A stretch of DNA of 64,000 bases from Vulcanimicrobiota bacterium (lineage in GTDB: Bacteria > Vulcanimicrobiota > Vulcanimicrobiia > Vulcanimicrobiales > Vulcanimicrobiaceae), in the NCBI GenBank assembly GCA_963695225.1, contig OY968762.1:2336001-2400000 (forward strand), written 5' to 3'. The position numbers and the translations under genes were made by a program. Every line of letters begins with the position of its first letter. The first letter of the stretch is position 1. Shown one piece after another: positions 43,671 through 52,627 of this stretch. The notes below the pieces were generated by a model that did not search any database, was not told where the DNA came from, and was given only the letters and a program-made list of their open reading frames with translations.

Positions 43671-44395
43671 CAGAGTTTCGGCGTGGGGATGTATTGGTTG
43701 AAGAAGGCTTGGAAGCGCGTGAACGACCCGGTCGCGAGCAGGAGGCCCGTCGCCACGAGGACGGCCCCGGAGCCGATCTCGATCGCCGGCAGGAAGCGCT
43801 TGATCCGGTTGAGCGCGCCGAGCGACTGCGTGATCGCCGCCGCCGTCACGAGGAACGGGATCGCGAGCCCCATCGCATAGACGAACAAGAGGAACGCGCC
43901 CGCGGCGGGGGCCTGGCCGCCCGCCAGGAGCAAGATCGCGCCGAGGATCGGGCCGATGCAGGGCGTCCACCCCGCCGCGAACGTCACTCCGACGAGGAAG
44001 GAGAGCCAGATCGATTGCGGCCGCGCCCCGAGATGGACGCGCTTGTCCATCATCAACTGCGGGATGCGGAAGATGCCGATCATGTTCAGCCCGAGGAGGA
44101 TGATGACCGCGCCGCCGACGCGCGCGATCAGATCCTTGTTGCTCGCGAGCAGCGAACCGAGCGCGCTCGAACTGAGGCCCAACAGCACGAATACGGCGGT
44201 GAGGCCCAAGCAGAACGCGAGGGCGTGCGCGAGAACGCGCGCCTTGGCCTCCGCCGAGGTCTGCGCTTTGAGATCTTCCAGGCTCGTCCCCGTCAAGAAC
44301 GAGAGGTACGACGGAACGAGCGGCAACACGCACGGCGAAACGAACGAGACGAGTCCGGCCAGAAACGCCGTGGCGACATTGAGGTTTGCGGTCAT
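43670..44395 (-). CDS. ccdA: Cytochrome c biogenesis protein CcdA
   Basis: SFVSPCVLPLVP and GWTPCIGPILG. Confidence 0.93.
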   Translation of the reverse strand: MTANLNVATAFLAGLVSFVSPCVLPLVPSYLSFLTGTSLEDLKAQTSAEAKARVLAHALAFCLGLTAVFVLLGLSSSALGSLLASNKDLIARVGGAVIILLGLNMIGIFRIPQLMMDKRVHLGARPQSIWLSFLVGVTFAAGWTPCIGPILGAILLLAGGQAPAAGAFLLFVYAMGLAIPFLVTAAAITQSLGALNRIKRFLPAIEIGSGAVLVATGLLLATGSFTRFQAFFNQYIPTPKL

Positions 44396-44481
44396 GGCCC
44401 TCGAGCCCACTACGACGGCAGCCCGTCGGGGCCTGGTCGCCTTGCGGGGGAGACGCCGTGCCGGACACAATCTCCATCGGC

Positions 44482-45315
44482 GTGCAGCACTGGTTCACGT
44501 ATCCGAATATCGATCCGGTCGCGTTCCGCTTGGGGCCGCTCGCGGTCCACTGGTACGGCCTCTCGTATCTGGCCGGATTCATCTTGGTCGGTCTTTGGAT
44601 GGCGCGGCCGGAGGGCCGCCGGCGTCTCGGACTGACGGTCGACGGCGTGCAAGATTTCCTCGTCTACGCGCTCGCGGGCGTGATCGTCGGGGGGCGGACG
44701 TTCTTCGTGATCGCCGACGTCGTCACCAAGCACGACGCCGCCATGTACGTGGCCCATCCGCTCGACATCATCGCCGTCTGGAACGGCGGGATGGGCTTCT
44801 TCGGCGGGCTGCTCGGCGTGATCGTCGCGATCGCGCTGTTCGCGCGCAAGCACCCCGGGCTGACGTTCGGTGTCCTGGCCGACGAAGTCGTGATGATGAT
44901 CCCGATCGCGCTCGCGCTGACGCGGATCGTGAACTTCATCAACGACGAACTGTGGGGAAACATCTGCATACCCGACCAGCCGTGGTGCATCAAGTTTCCG
45001 GCGGTCGAAGGCTACCGCTACCCCTCGCAGATCTTCGAAGCGGTGCTGGATATTGCGGTGCTCCCGATCCTGTTCGCCGTCTACCGGCGGCGGCCGCCGG
45101 ACGGCGTCGTCGCCTGGACCTGGTTCGCACTGTACGGCGTCACGCGCTCGCTGGCCGAGATCTGGCGGCAGACGGATCTCGCCGTCGGACCGTTCACGGG
45201 CGGGCAATTGCTGGCGCTCCCCATGATCGCGATCGGGGTAGTGATGGCCGCCCGTGCCGCGCGGGCGAACCGCCGGACAGATGCGCCGGGCGCCGTCAAA
45301 GCGACAAAGGTATAG
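44482..45315 (+). CDS. lgt: Prolipoprotein diacylglyceryl transferase
   Basis: IDPVAF.LGPLAVHWYG, GGR, RIVNFINDELWG, RYPSQIFE. Start approximate. Confidence 0.92.
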   Translation: MQHWFTYPNIDPVAFRLGPLAVHWYGLSYLAGFILVGLWMARPEGRRRLGLTVDGVQDFLVYALAGVIVGGRTFFVIADVVTKHDAAMYVAHPLDIIAVWNGGMGFFGGLLGVIVAIALFARKHPGLTFGVLADEVVMMIPIALALTRIVNFINDELWGNICIPDQPWCIKFPAVEGYRYPSQIFEAVLDIAVLPILFAVYRRRPPDGVVAWTWFALYGVTRSLAEIWRQTDLAVGPFTGGQLLALPMIAIGVVMAARAARANRRTDAPGAVKATKV

Positions 45316-45350
45316 GGAAAAGCGCCGGGGGACCGGAAGAAGCTCAATCC

Positions 45351-46043
45351 ATGAAGCTCGAGATCGGGCCGTCGGCGGGCGTCCCGGCATCGCTCGTGGA
45401 GCGAATTGCGTCGATTCGCGCGCAAATCGCCGATGCCGCTCGTGCGGCAGGGCGCGATCCCGCGACCGTCCGGCTCCTCGGCGTCGGCAAGAAACAATCG
45501 CGCGAGACCGTCTTCGCAGCGGTCGCGGCCGGGCTCGACGAGGTCGGTGAGAACTACGTGCAGGAGGCGCAGCCCAAGCTCGCCGGGCTTCCGTCGCACG
45601 TGCGCAAGCACTTCATCGGCCACGTTCAAACGAACAAGGCGAAGGCGATCGTCGAAACGTTCGACGTCGTCCAATCCGTCGACCGGCTCGAGGCGGGCCT
45701 CGCGCTCGTGAGAGCCGGCCGGACGCTCGGGCGTTCCGTGACGGCGCTCGTGCAAGTCAACATCTCGCCCTCGGAGCGGTTCGGCATCGCACCGGCCGGG
45801 GCGGCGGACCTGGCCGTGAGTTTGCGCGAGGCCGGCCTCGAGATCGACGGCGTGATGGCGATCGGCCCGTTGACGAACGATCGCGCGGAGATCCGGCGCG
45901 CGTTCGAGACGGCCCACGACGCGTTCCGGCGCGTCGGCGGAACCACCCTTTCACTCGGGATGTCGGGCGATTTCCGCGAGGCGATCGCCTGCGGCTCGAC
46001 GATGATTCGCATCGGCACAGCGTTATTCGGAGCAAGAGCATGA
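45351..46043 (+). CDS. yggS: YggS/PLPBP pyridoxal phosphate homeostasis protein
   Basis: GENYVQEA, HFIGHVQTNK, LSLGMSGD, RIGTALFG. Confidence 0.93.
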   Translation: MKLEIGPSAGVPASLVERIASIRAQIADAARAAGRDPATVRLLGVGKKQSRETVFAAVAAGLDEVGENYVQEAQPKLAGLPSHVRKHFIGHVQTNKAKAIVETFDVVQSVDRLEAGLALVRAGRTLGRSVTALVQVNISPSERFGIAPAGAADLAVSLREAGLEIDGVMAIGPLTNDRAEIRRAFETAHDAFRRVGGTTLSLGMSGDFREAIACGSTMIRIGTALFGARA

Positions 46044-46105
46044 GCATGACACCGCCGTCCTCCGGGGGCGAACCCCGGCCGTCCGAAACCGAACAAGGAG
46101 AACAC

Positions 46106-46528
46106 GTGAGCGTATTCCATCGAATCGGCGCGTTTTTCTCGCTGGCGGACGACGAACCCGAAACCGGCGAGGCGTCCGTCCCGCCGCCGAAGGGTAAGGT
46201 CGTTTCGTTCGCGGGGCGCGAATCGAGTCGCGGCGGAAACGCGGAGGTCGCGGTCTTCCAGCCGCGTGCGTTCGGCGATGTGACCGACATAGCGGACGCC
46301 CTTCGGGCGCGCCAGGTCGTGATCGTGAACGTGCAGCAAGCCGATCGCGGCTTGCTGCAACGCATCGTCGATTTCACGTCGGGTGTGGCGTACACGCTCG
46401 AGGGTAAGATACAGAAGCTGGCCGAGGGCATGTACCTCGTCGTTCCGGCCGGCGTGCAGGTGAACGCGCAAGGGCTGCGCGAGCAGTTCGGCGCCGATCC
46501 GTTGATCGATTTCATCAATCGGGGGTAA
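46106..46528 (+). CDS. sepF: Cell division protein SepF
   Basis: GTG after SD AAGGAG; N-terminal amphipathic helix VFHRIGAFF; RIVDFTSGVAYTLEG. Confidence 0.92.
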   Translation: MSVFHRIGAFFSLADDEPETGEASVPPPKGKVVSFAGRESSRGGNAEVAVFQPRAFGDVTDIADALRARQVVIVNVQQADRGLLQRIVDFTSGVAYTLEGKIQKLAEGMYLVVPAGVQVNAQGLREQFGADPLIDFINRG

Positions 46529-46531
46529 GGC

Positions 46532-47092
46532 ATGGCGAAGATCACCATCATCGATATCCAGCATCGTGAGTTCAAGCGGGCGCTGCAAGGCTACGACCGC
46601 GTCGACGTCAATCAATTCCTCGACGAGATCATCGAAACGATGGAAGACGAGGCGCAGGCCCGCGCCGCGCTCGAAGCGGAGATCTTCGATCTGCGCGAAC
46701 GCATCAGCCACTTCAAGGCGATGGAGGAATCCCTGCACAACACGCTTCTGCTCGCGCAGCGAACGGCCGACGAGGTCAAGGCGTCGGCGCACAAGGAGGC
46801 GGATCTGATCCGCGCCGAGGCGCGCATGGCGGCGCAGGGCGAGATCGCGGCGCTTCACGATCAGGCGATCGACGCGCGCCGCGAGTTGCAGCGCGCGCTC
46901 GAGACGACCGAAAAAGCGAAACACGAACTGCGCAGCCTGCTGATGACGCATCTGTCGCTGCTCGAACGCAAGCCGGAGCTACCGGCGAACGCCGCGCCGC
47001 CCGTTGCGGCGGCGGTCGCTCCGGTGCCTTCGGCGACCGTCACGCAGATCGGCTCGAACGGGAACGTTCAAAAAGCGGCCGAGGTCGCCTAA
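46532..47092 (+). CDS. divIVA: DivIVA domain protein
   Basis: DIQHREFKRALQGYDRVDVNQFLD followed by coiled coil. Confidence 0.92.
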   Translation: MAKITIIDIQHREFKRALQGYDRVDVNQFLDEIIETMEDEAQARAALEAEIFDLRERISHFKAMEESLHNTLLLAQRTADEVKASAHKEADLIRAEARMAAQGEIAALHDQAIDARRELQRALETTEKAKHELRSLLMTHLSLLERKPELPANAAPPVAAAVAPVPSATVTQIGSNGNVQKAAEVA

Positions 47093-47145
47093 CCGGCTCG
47101 CCGCGCGCGGAGCGTTTTGCGCCTTCGCGTCGAAACGCGAGCGGC

Positions 47146-48216
47146 ATGAAGACGATCGCAGTCCTCCCCGGTGACGGAATCGGCGTTGAGGTCACGGCCG
47201 CAGCGCTCTCGGTCTTGCGGCACGTCCGGCCGGATCTCGAGTACGCGCACGGGGACGTCGGCGTCGTCCCGCTCGAACGAGACGGCACGGCGTATCCGCC
47301 GCAGACGCACGAGCTCTGCGCGCGGAGCGCCGCGATCCTCTTCGGCGCCGTCGGGCATCCGAGGTACGACGCGGCGCCGGCCGACAAGCGTCCCGAATAC
47401 GCGATCCTGCGGTTGCGCAAGGAATTCGACCTGTTCGCGAACCTGCGTCCGGTCGCGACGATCGCCGGGCTCGAAGCAGCTTCCTCGCTCAAAGAGGAAC
47501 TCGTCCGCGGCCTCGACCTCGTCGTGGTCCGGGAAACGACCTCGGGGCTCTATTTCGGCCCGAAACACACCGCGCTCGAAGACGGCGTGGAGACGGCCGT
47601 CGATACGATGGTCTACCGTGCGCCGGAGATCGAGCGGGTCGCGCGGGTCGCGTTCGAACTCGCGCGGACGCGGCGCGGCCGCGTGACCTCGGTCGACAAG
47701 CAGAACGTCCTCGAGACGGGCCGGCTGTGGCGGCGGATCGTGACGGCGCTGCACGCCGAATACCAGGACGTCGAACTCGACCATCTGCTCGTCGACAACG
47801 CGGCGATGCAGTTGATCCGCGATCCGCGCCGCTTCGACGTGATCCTCACGGAGAACACGTTCGGCGACATCCTCAGCGACGAAGCGGGGATGCTGACGGG
47901 TTCGCTCGGGAACCTTCCGAGCGCGACGCTCGGCGCGCCCGGAGCCGGCGGAGCCGGCCGCTTCGGCCTGTACGAGCCGATCAGCGGGAGCGCGCCGGAC
48001 ATCGCCGGCAAGGGGATCGCGAATCCGATCGCGGCGATCCTCTCCGCGGCGCTGCTCTGCCGCTACAGCCTCCAGGACGAAGCGAGCGCCGCCCGCATCG
48101 AACGCGCCGTCGGGAGCGCGATCGCGCAGGGCGCCCGCACGCGCGATCTCGCCCGCAACGGCGCCTACGCCCTCGACACGCTCGGCTTCACGGAAGTCGT
48201 GCTCGCGGCGCTGTAA
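47146..48216 (+). CDS. leuB: 3-isopropylmalate dehydrogenase
   Basis: LPGDGIG, FANLRP, VDKQNV, NTFGDILSDEA, GSAPDIAG. Confidence 0.95.
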   Translation: MKTIAVLPGDGIGVEVTAAALSVLRHVRPDLEYAHGDVGVVPLERDGTAYPPQTHELCARSAAILFGAVGHPRYDAAPADKRPEYAILRLRKEFDLFANLRPVATIAGLEAASSLKEELVRGLDLVVVRETTSGLYFGPKHTALEDGVETAVDTMVYRAPEIERVARVAFELARTRRGRVTSVDKQNVLETGRLWRRIVTALHAEYQDVELDHLLVDNAAMQLIRDPRRFDVILTENTFGDILSDEAGMLTGSLGNLPSATLGAPGAGGAGRFGLYEPISGSAPDIAGKGIANPIAAILSAALLCRYSLQDEASAARIERAVGSAIAQGARTRDLARNGAYALDTLGFTEVVLAAL

Positions 48217-48278
48217 CCCGAGGTGCAACCCGAGGGCAACGGAGCGGTCACGCTGCGGTAACGGCCTGGGCGTAGCAT
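48213..48278 (+). promoter_or_regulatory. Five helically phased GYMAC pentamers plus a -10 box
   Basis: GTAAC 48213, GCAAC 48225, GCAAC 48236, GTCAC 48247, GTAAC 48258; TAGCAT 48273-48278; ATG 48286. Confidence 0.55.
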
Positions 48279-48285
48279 CGGCGCC

Positions 48286-48888
48286 ATGGATGGAATCGAT
48301 TTGATGGCGAGCGCGATGCACGCCGCCAAGGTGCGGCTCGACGTCGCGGCGGGGAACGTCGCGAACGTTTCGAGCGACGGGTTCGCGCGGCGGGTCGTGC
48401 ACGCGAGCATGAGCGAGTGCGGCGTCGTGACGGGCGTCGCGCTCGATCCGGCGCAGCCGCCGTTGCGGCATACGGGGCGCGCGTTCGACCTGGCCGCAAC
48501 GGGCGGCTCGATGCTCGCGCGGGCTCCTTCGGGCGCGCTCGTCGCCGTTCGATCGGGCTCGTTCGAACGGAGCGCGGCGGGAACGTTGATCGACGCGCAG
48601 GGAGCCGTGCTGCTGGGTACGGCCGGGCCGTTGCAGGTGGCGCCGGATGCGGAGATCGACGCGCGCGGCGTCGTGCGGGCCGGCGGCGAGATTGCGGGGC
48701 GCCTGCGGACGACGCCGGGCACGGAAGTACAGCCCGGCTTTCTCGCGGCTTCGAGCGTTGACGCCGTGCACGAGATGGTCGAGTTGATCGGCGCGCAACG
48801 CGCGTTCGAGACGGCGCAGAAGACGCTCTCGGCGATCGACGACGTACGCGCCAAGGACGCGAGCGAGATCGGACGGATCAAGGCATGA
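48286..48888 (+). CDS. flgF: Flagellar basal-body rod protein, FlgF-like
   Basis: LDVAAGNVANVSSDGF, TGRAFDLA, SSVDAVHEMVELIGAQRAFE. Confidence 0.72.
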   Translation: MDGIDLMASAMHAAKVRLDVAAGNVANVSSDGFARRVVHASMSECGVVTGVALDPAQPPLRHTGRAFDLAATGGSMLARAPSGALVAVRSGSFERSAAGTLIDAQGAVLLGTAGPLQVAPDAEIDARGVVRAGGEIAGRLRTTPGTEVQPGFLAASSVDAVHEMVELIGAQRAFETAQKTLSAIDDVRAKDASEIGRIKA

Positions 48889-49595
48889 ACCGCGCGATGT
48901 ATGCAGCCGCGAGCGGCATGGCGGCGCAACAGCAGAACCTCGACGTGATCGCGAACAATCTCGCGAACGCCGACGTCGCGGGATTCAAGGGCGCGCAACT
49001 CTCGTTCGCGAGCCTGGGAGGCGGGGCGCTGCTCGGCACTGCGACGACCGGCCTCACGCACGTGTTCGACCAGGGGAAGCTGATGAAGACCGGCGGCGCG
49101 TTCGATCTCGCGATCGACGGTCCCGGGTTCTTCCCGGTCGAACGGAACGGCGAGCGCGCCTTCACGCGTGCCGGTTCGTTCTCGCGCGCGGCCGACGGCA
49201 GCGTGCGCAACGCGGATGGTTGGAAGTTGAGCGGCCTGCGCATCCCCGCCGATGCCGCGAGCATCGCCGTCGATCCCGACGGTACGGTCCACGTCGACGG
49301 AAAGCGTGCGATCGGCCGCGTAGGCATCGTCCGGTTCGACGCGCCGGAATACTTGCGTTCGATCGGGTCCGCCGTGTTCGCCGCGACGCGCGATTCCGGC
49401 GCGCCGCACGCGCAAGCCGCGGGTGGAGATCGTCAGCCGAAGATCGCTTTCGGGATGCTCGAGCGCTCGAACGTCTCGATCATCGAAGCGATGATGCAGA
49501 TCCTCGCCGCGCAGCGTGCGTACGAAGCAAACGCAAAAGGCGTTCAAGCTGCCGACGAGATGCTGCGGATCGCCAACAACTTACATCGCTCTTGA
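48885..49595 (+). CDS. flgG: Flagellar basal-body rod protein, FlgG-like
   Basis: ANNLANADVAGFK, DLAIDGPGFF, FTRAGSF, LERSNV…QRAYEANAK…ADEML. Confidence 0.85.
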   Translation: MNRAMYAAASGMAAQQQNLDVIANNLANADVAGFKGAQLSFASLGGGALLGTATTGLTHVFDQGKLMKTGGAFDLAIDGPGFFPVERNGERAFTRAGSFSRAADGSVRNADGWKLSGLRIPADAASIAVDPDGTVHVDGKRAIGRVGIVRFDAPEYLRSIGSAVFAATRDSGAPHAQAAGGDRQPKIAFGMLERSNVSIIEAMMQILAAQRAYEANAKGVQAADEMLRIANNLHRS

Positions 49596-49927
49596 ACGTG
49601 GAAACCGGGATCTTCGGGTCGACTCCAGCCTCGAACTCCGCGGGTCACGCGCTTCGGCGCGCTCGCGGCGACGGCGAGCATGCCGTTCGCGTGACGGGGG
49701 CGGGATCCGCGACGAATAGCGATCGCGCGCACGAGGTTGCGACGGCGTTCGAAGGGATGCTGCTGCAACAATGCCTCGCGCCGCTCGCGAAGCCCATGGG
49801 TTTCTACGGCGATCTCGTGCTCGGCGCATGCACGCAGGCCGTTGCGGAGCGTTCCCGCGGAGGGCTCGCGGCGATGCTCGAGTCGATGATCGAGCGCGCT
49901 CGGCGGAATGGGGATCCGCCGACGTGA
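49592..49927 (+). CDS. Short FlgJ-like rod-binding protein
   Basis: AHEVATAFEGMLLQQ…GGLAAML; overlaps both neighbours. Start uncertain. Confidence 0.55.
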   Translation: MNVETGIFGSTPASNSAGHALRRARGDGEHAVRVTGAGSATNSDRAHEVATAFEGMLLQQCLAPLAKPMGFYGDLVLGACTQAVAERSRGGLAAMLESMIERARRNGDPPT

Positions 49928-50586
49928 GCGTGGAACGCGAGGCGACGATCCGCGAGCTGTTTCCGCTGGTGCGCGCCAGCGCGCGCCGCCTGCAGCGGAT
50001 GATTCCGGCCGCCGAACTCGACGATCTGACGGGCGACGGCGCGATCGGACTGATTCGGGCGGTGGATGCATTCGAACCCGAGCGCGGCGTCTCGATCGCA
50101 GCCTACGCCCGCCGCGTGATCGTCGGGGCGATGCTCAACGGCCTGCGCCGTCGCGATCCCGTCTCGGAGCGGGCGCGTCGCAAGGCGCGGCGCGCGGAGG
50201 CCGACCGGATCGCGCTGGCGCACGAACGCGGCAGCCTGCCCAGCCTGCGCGAGATGGAAGCGCGCCACCCCGGCCTGACGGAAGCGTTGGTCGCGATCGA
50301 CCAGCGAGCGGTCCTCTCGCTCGACGCGCCGATTGCGAACGACGGGCGCGGGCTCGCGAATTGGCATGCCGATCCGGCGCCGATCACCGTCCGCAAAGCG
50401 CTCTCGCGCGAGCTCGTCCAGGCGCTCGAACTCCTGCCCGAACGCGAACGCCGGATCGTCATGTGGCACTACTACGAGGCGGCGCCGCTGCACGCGATCG
50501 GGGCGCGGCTCGGCGTCTCGCCGCAGCGTGCCTCCCAACTGCATCTGCGCGCGCTCGCGCACCTCCGCCGTTCCGTCGCCCGATGA
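49924..50586 (+). CDS. fliA: FliA/WhiG (sigma-28) family sigma factor
   Basis: DDLTGDGAIGLIRAVDAFEPERG, GAMLNGLR, LSLD, LPERERRIV..HYYE…IG..LGVS..RASQLH. Confidence 0.8.
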   Translation: MSVEREATIRELFPLVRASARRLQRMIPAAELDDLTGDGAIGLIRAVDAFEPERGVSIAAYARRVIVGAMLNGLRRRDPVSERARRKARRAEADRIALAHERGSLPSLREMEARHPGLTEALVAIDQRAVLSLDAPIANDGRGLANWHADPAPITVRKALSRELVQALELLPERERRIVMWHYYEAAPLHAIGARLGVSPQRASQLHLRALAHLRRSVAR

Positions 50587-50897
50587 AGCCGCTCGCTGAG
50601 ATCGAGACCTCCAAGCCGCTCGCGCTCGAAGCGCACGCGCCCTCGGAGGCGGCCGCGCTCGCCGGCATCGCCGTCGCCGCGGATGCTGCGCTCGAGGACG
50701 CGCCGCACCTTCCGAGCGATCACCCCGCTTGGGCGCGAGATATGCTCTCGCTCTCGCAGCGAGCCCGTTCGTTCCTCGCAACGCTTGCCCCGATCGCGAT
50801 CCGAACGCTCACGTACTGGGACCACCGCGTGCGATCGATCGTGCTACGCGCCGGAACCTTGACGATCGACATCAGCGGCTCGTACCGGCTCGAGTAG
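50583..50897 (+). CDS. Hypothetical protein
   Basis: ATGA overlap with the sigma gene; 104 aa; fills the gap to the convergent gene. Confidence 0.55.
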   Translation: MKPLAEIETSKPLALEAHAPSEAAALAGIAVAADAALEDAPHLPSDHPAWARDMLSLSQRARSFLATLAPIAIRTLTYWDHRVRSIVLRAGTLTIDISGSYRLE

Positions 50898-50902
50898 CGC
50901 GT

Positions 50903-51556
50903 TCAGTAGTCGAGCGTCACGCTCGCGACCGGGGTCTCACCGCTACGGAGCGTGAGGGATTCGATACGCGTCTCCGGATGCACCAAGAGCGAGCCCGTGT
51001 GGTTGCCGCGGATCGTGCCGATTTCGCGCGTCCAACTCGCCGTGCGGGCCTCGACAGAGAGCTGCCCTTCGGGACGATCGACGACGACGTAGACCCACGA
51101 GCCGTCGGTCGCATAGAGCACTTTCGCGGCGATGTTCGAGCCGGGCGCCGGGATCATCGGCGCGTGCTGGAAATGCCCGTGCACGATCGTCGCGAGCGCA
51201 ACGTCGTCGGCGCGCACCCGATCGCGCAGCACAGACGTTTGCCACGAAAGGACCGCGACCAGGATGAGCGCGGCGGCGGCCCCCGCGAGCCACGCGCCCC
51301 GGGCCGTTCGTGCCGGGTTCGGGCTCTCGGCGGAGGCGAAGCGGGGTGCGAGCGGCGCCGGCGGAGGCTCCGCCGTCGTGGGAAGCTCGGCCATGGGGAG
51401 TGCCGCCGCCAGCGAGAGCGAGGCGGCCTCGGCAGCGGCGACGCGTGCGGCGCACTCCGCGCACTCCCCGATGTGCTCCTCGACGATCTGCTGCTCGGCC
51501 GCATCGAGCAGGCCGAGCGGATAGAGCTCGGCATCGTCGCCGATGTGTGCGCTCAT
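50903..51556 (-). CDS. Anti-sigma factor (zinc-finger, RskA-like)
   Basis: HxxxCxxC (HIGECAEC), one TM, extracytoplasmic domain; coupled to the ECF gene. Confidence 0.85.
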   Translation of the reverse strand: MSAHIGDDAELYPLGLLDAAEQQIVEEHIGECAECAARVAAAEAASLSLAAALPMAELPTTAEPPPAPLAPRFASAESPNPARTARGAWLAGAAAALILVAVLSWQTSVLRDRVRADDVALATIVHGHFQHAPMIPAPGSNIAAKVLYATDGSWVYVVVDRPEGQLSVEARTASWTREIGTIRGNHTGSLLVHPETRIESLTLRSGETPVASVTLDY

Positions 51557-52098
51557 GGCAGCGCCTCATCTTCATCGGCGAGCTCTGCGTGCAGCTTCCG
51601 TAACGCGGTCGCTATGCGGCTCTTGACCGTCCCGAGCGGAGCGCCGAGCTCGCTCGCGATCTGCGCGTGCGTCTTGTTGCCGTAGTACGCCAGATCGAGG
51701 ACGAGGCGCTGCTCCTGCGGCAGGCGGCCGAGCGCCGCTCTCAAGCGGCGCGCCTCGACGGGATCGGCGACCGGGAAATCCGCGGGCGGGACCACCTCGA
51801 GGCGGACGGAACGCGCTTCGCGCGCCGCGCGCCGCTGCTCGCTGCGCAACTGCGAGATCGCCTCGTTCCGGATGCAACTCACCAGATACGCCTTCAGCGC
51901 GCGGCGATCGCCGTGGATGCGGTTCGGCGTGCGCCAGACTCTCAGCAACGCGTCGTGCACGCAGTCCTCGGCTCGGGATGCGTTCCCGAGGACGTGGAGC
52001 GCGACGGCGAGGAACTCGCGTGCCCACTCCGCGTAGGCGCGCTCGAGCCCCGGCTCGCGCCGTGCCGTGAAATCCTCGACGAGACGATCGGTCTCCAC
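51553..52098 (-). CDS. ECF sigma factor (SigK-like)
   Basis: AEDCVHDALLRVW, LPQEQR, AYYGNKTHAQIA…PLGTVKSRI. Confidence 0.92.
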   Translation of the reverse strand: METDRLVEDFTARREPGLERAYAEWAREFLAVALHVLGNASRAEDCVHDALLRVWRTPNRIHGDRRALKAYLVSCIRNEAISQLRSEQRRAAREARSVRLEVVPPADFPVADPVEARRLRAALGRLPQEQRLVLDLAYYGNKTHAQIASELGAPLGTVKSRIATALRKLHAELADEDEALP

Positions 52099-52143
52099 CT
52101 ACGGAACATGCGGCGGGCGCTTCTGCATCAGCTGCACGTTGGC

Positions 52144-52209
52144 GATACGTCGCCCGGGGCCGCCTTGGATTGCTTTCGCCTCATCCACGCTGCCCTGCCG
52201 CGGCGTATC
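52144..52209. promoter_or_regulatory. Two divergent ECF-type promoters, ATCC-N17-CGTATC
   Basis: Minus strand 52144-52171 AATCC-N17-CGTATC; plus strand 52182-52209 CATCC-N17-CGTATC. Confidence 0.7.
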
Positions 52210-52240
52210 TAGGGAACACACCCGCCCGCAGGAGCTCCCA

Positions 52241-52627
52241 ATGAACGATTCGCTCGCATCCCTGCTCGGGGCCTCGGCTCTGGCGCTCGCGACCGGGATC
52301 CCCTCACCGCTCCCGTCGCCTGTCCCTTCGCCGCTCCTCCCCGCCGCCGCCACGGTCCACATCAAAGATTTCGCGTTCAATCCGACACCGCTCAGGATCC
52401 ATCCGGGCGACCGCGTCACGTTCGTGAACGACGACGACGACGCGCACACCGCCACCGCGACCGACCGGTCCTTCGATTCGGAAGGGCTCGACGGGCACGC
52501 CGTTTGGCAGCACGTGTTCTCCAAGCCCGGGACTTACACGTATTTCTGTCAGCTCCACCCGTACATGAAGGCCCTCATCATCGTCGCGCCGGCGCGCGTG
52601 ACGAATGCGAAAGGAGCGCACACGTGA
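52241..52627 (+). CDS. Cupredoxin (amicyanin/plastocyanin-like)
   Basis: FVNDDDDAHT…YFCQLHPYM type-1 copper ligands; SD AGGAG. Confidence 0.9.
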   Translation: MNDSLASLLGASALALATGIPSPLPSPVPSPLLPAAATVHIKDFAFNPTPLRIHPGDRVTFVNDDDDAHTATATDRSFDSEGLDGHAVWQHVFSKPGTYTYFCQLHPYMKALIIVAPARVTNAKGAHT

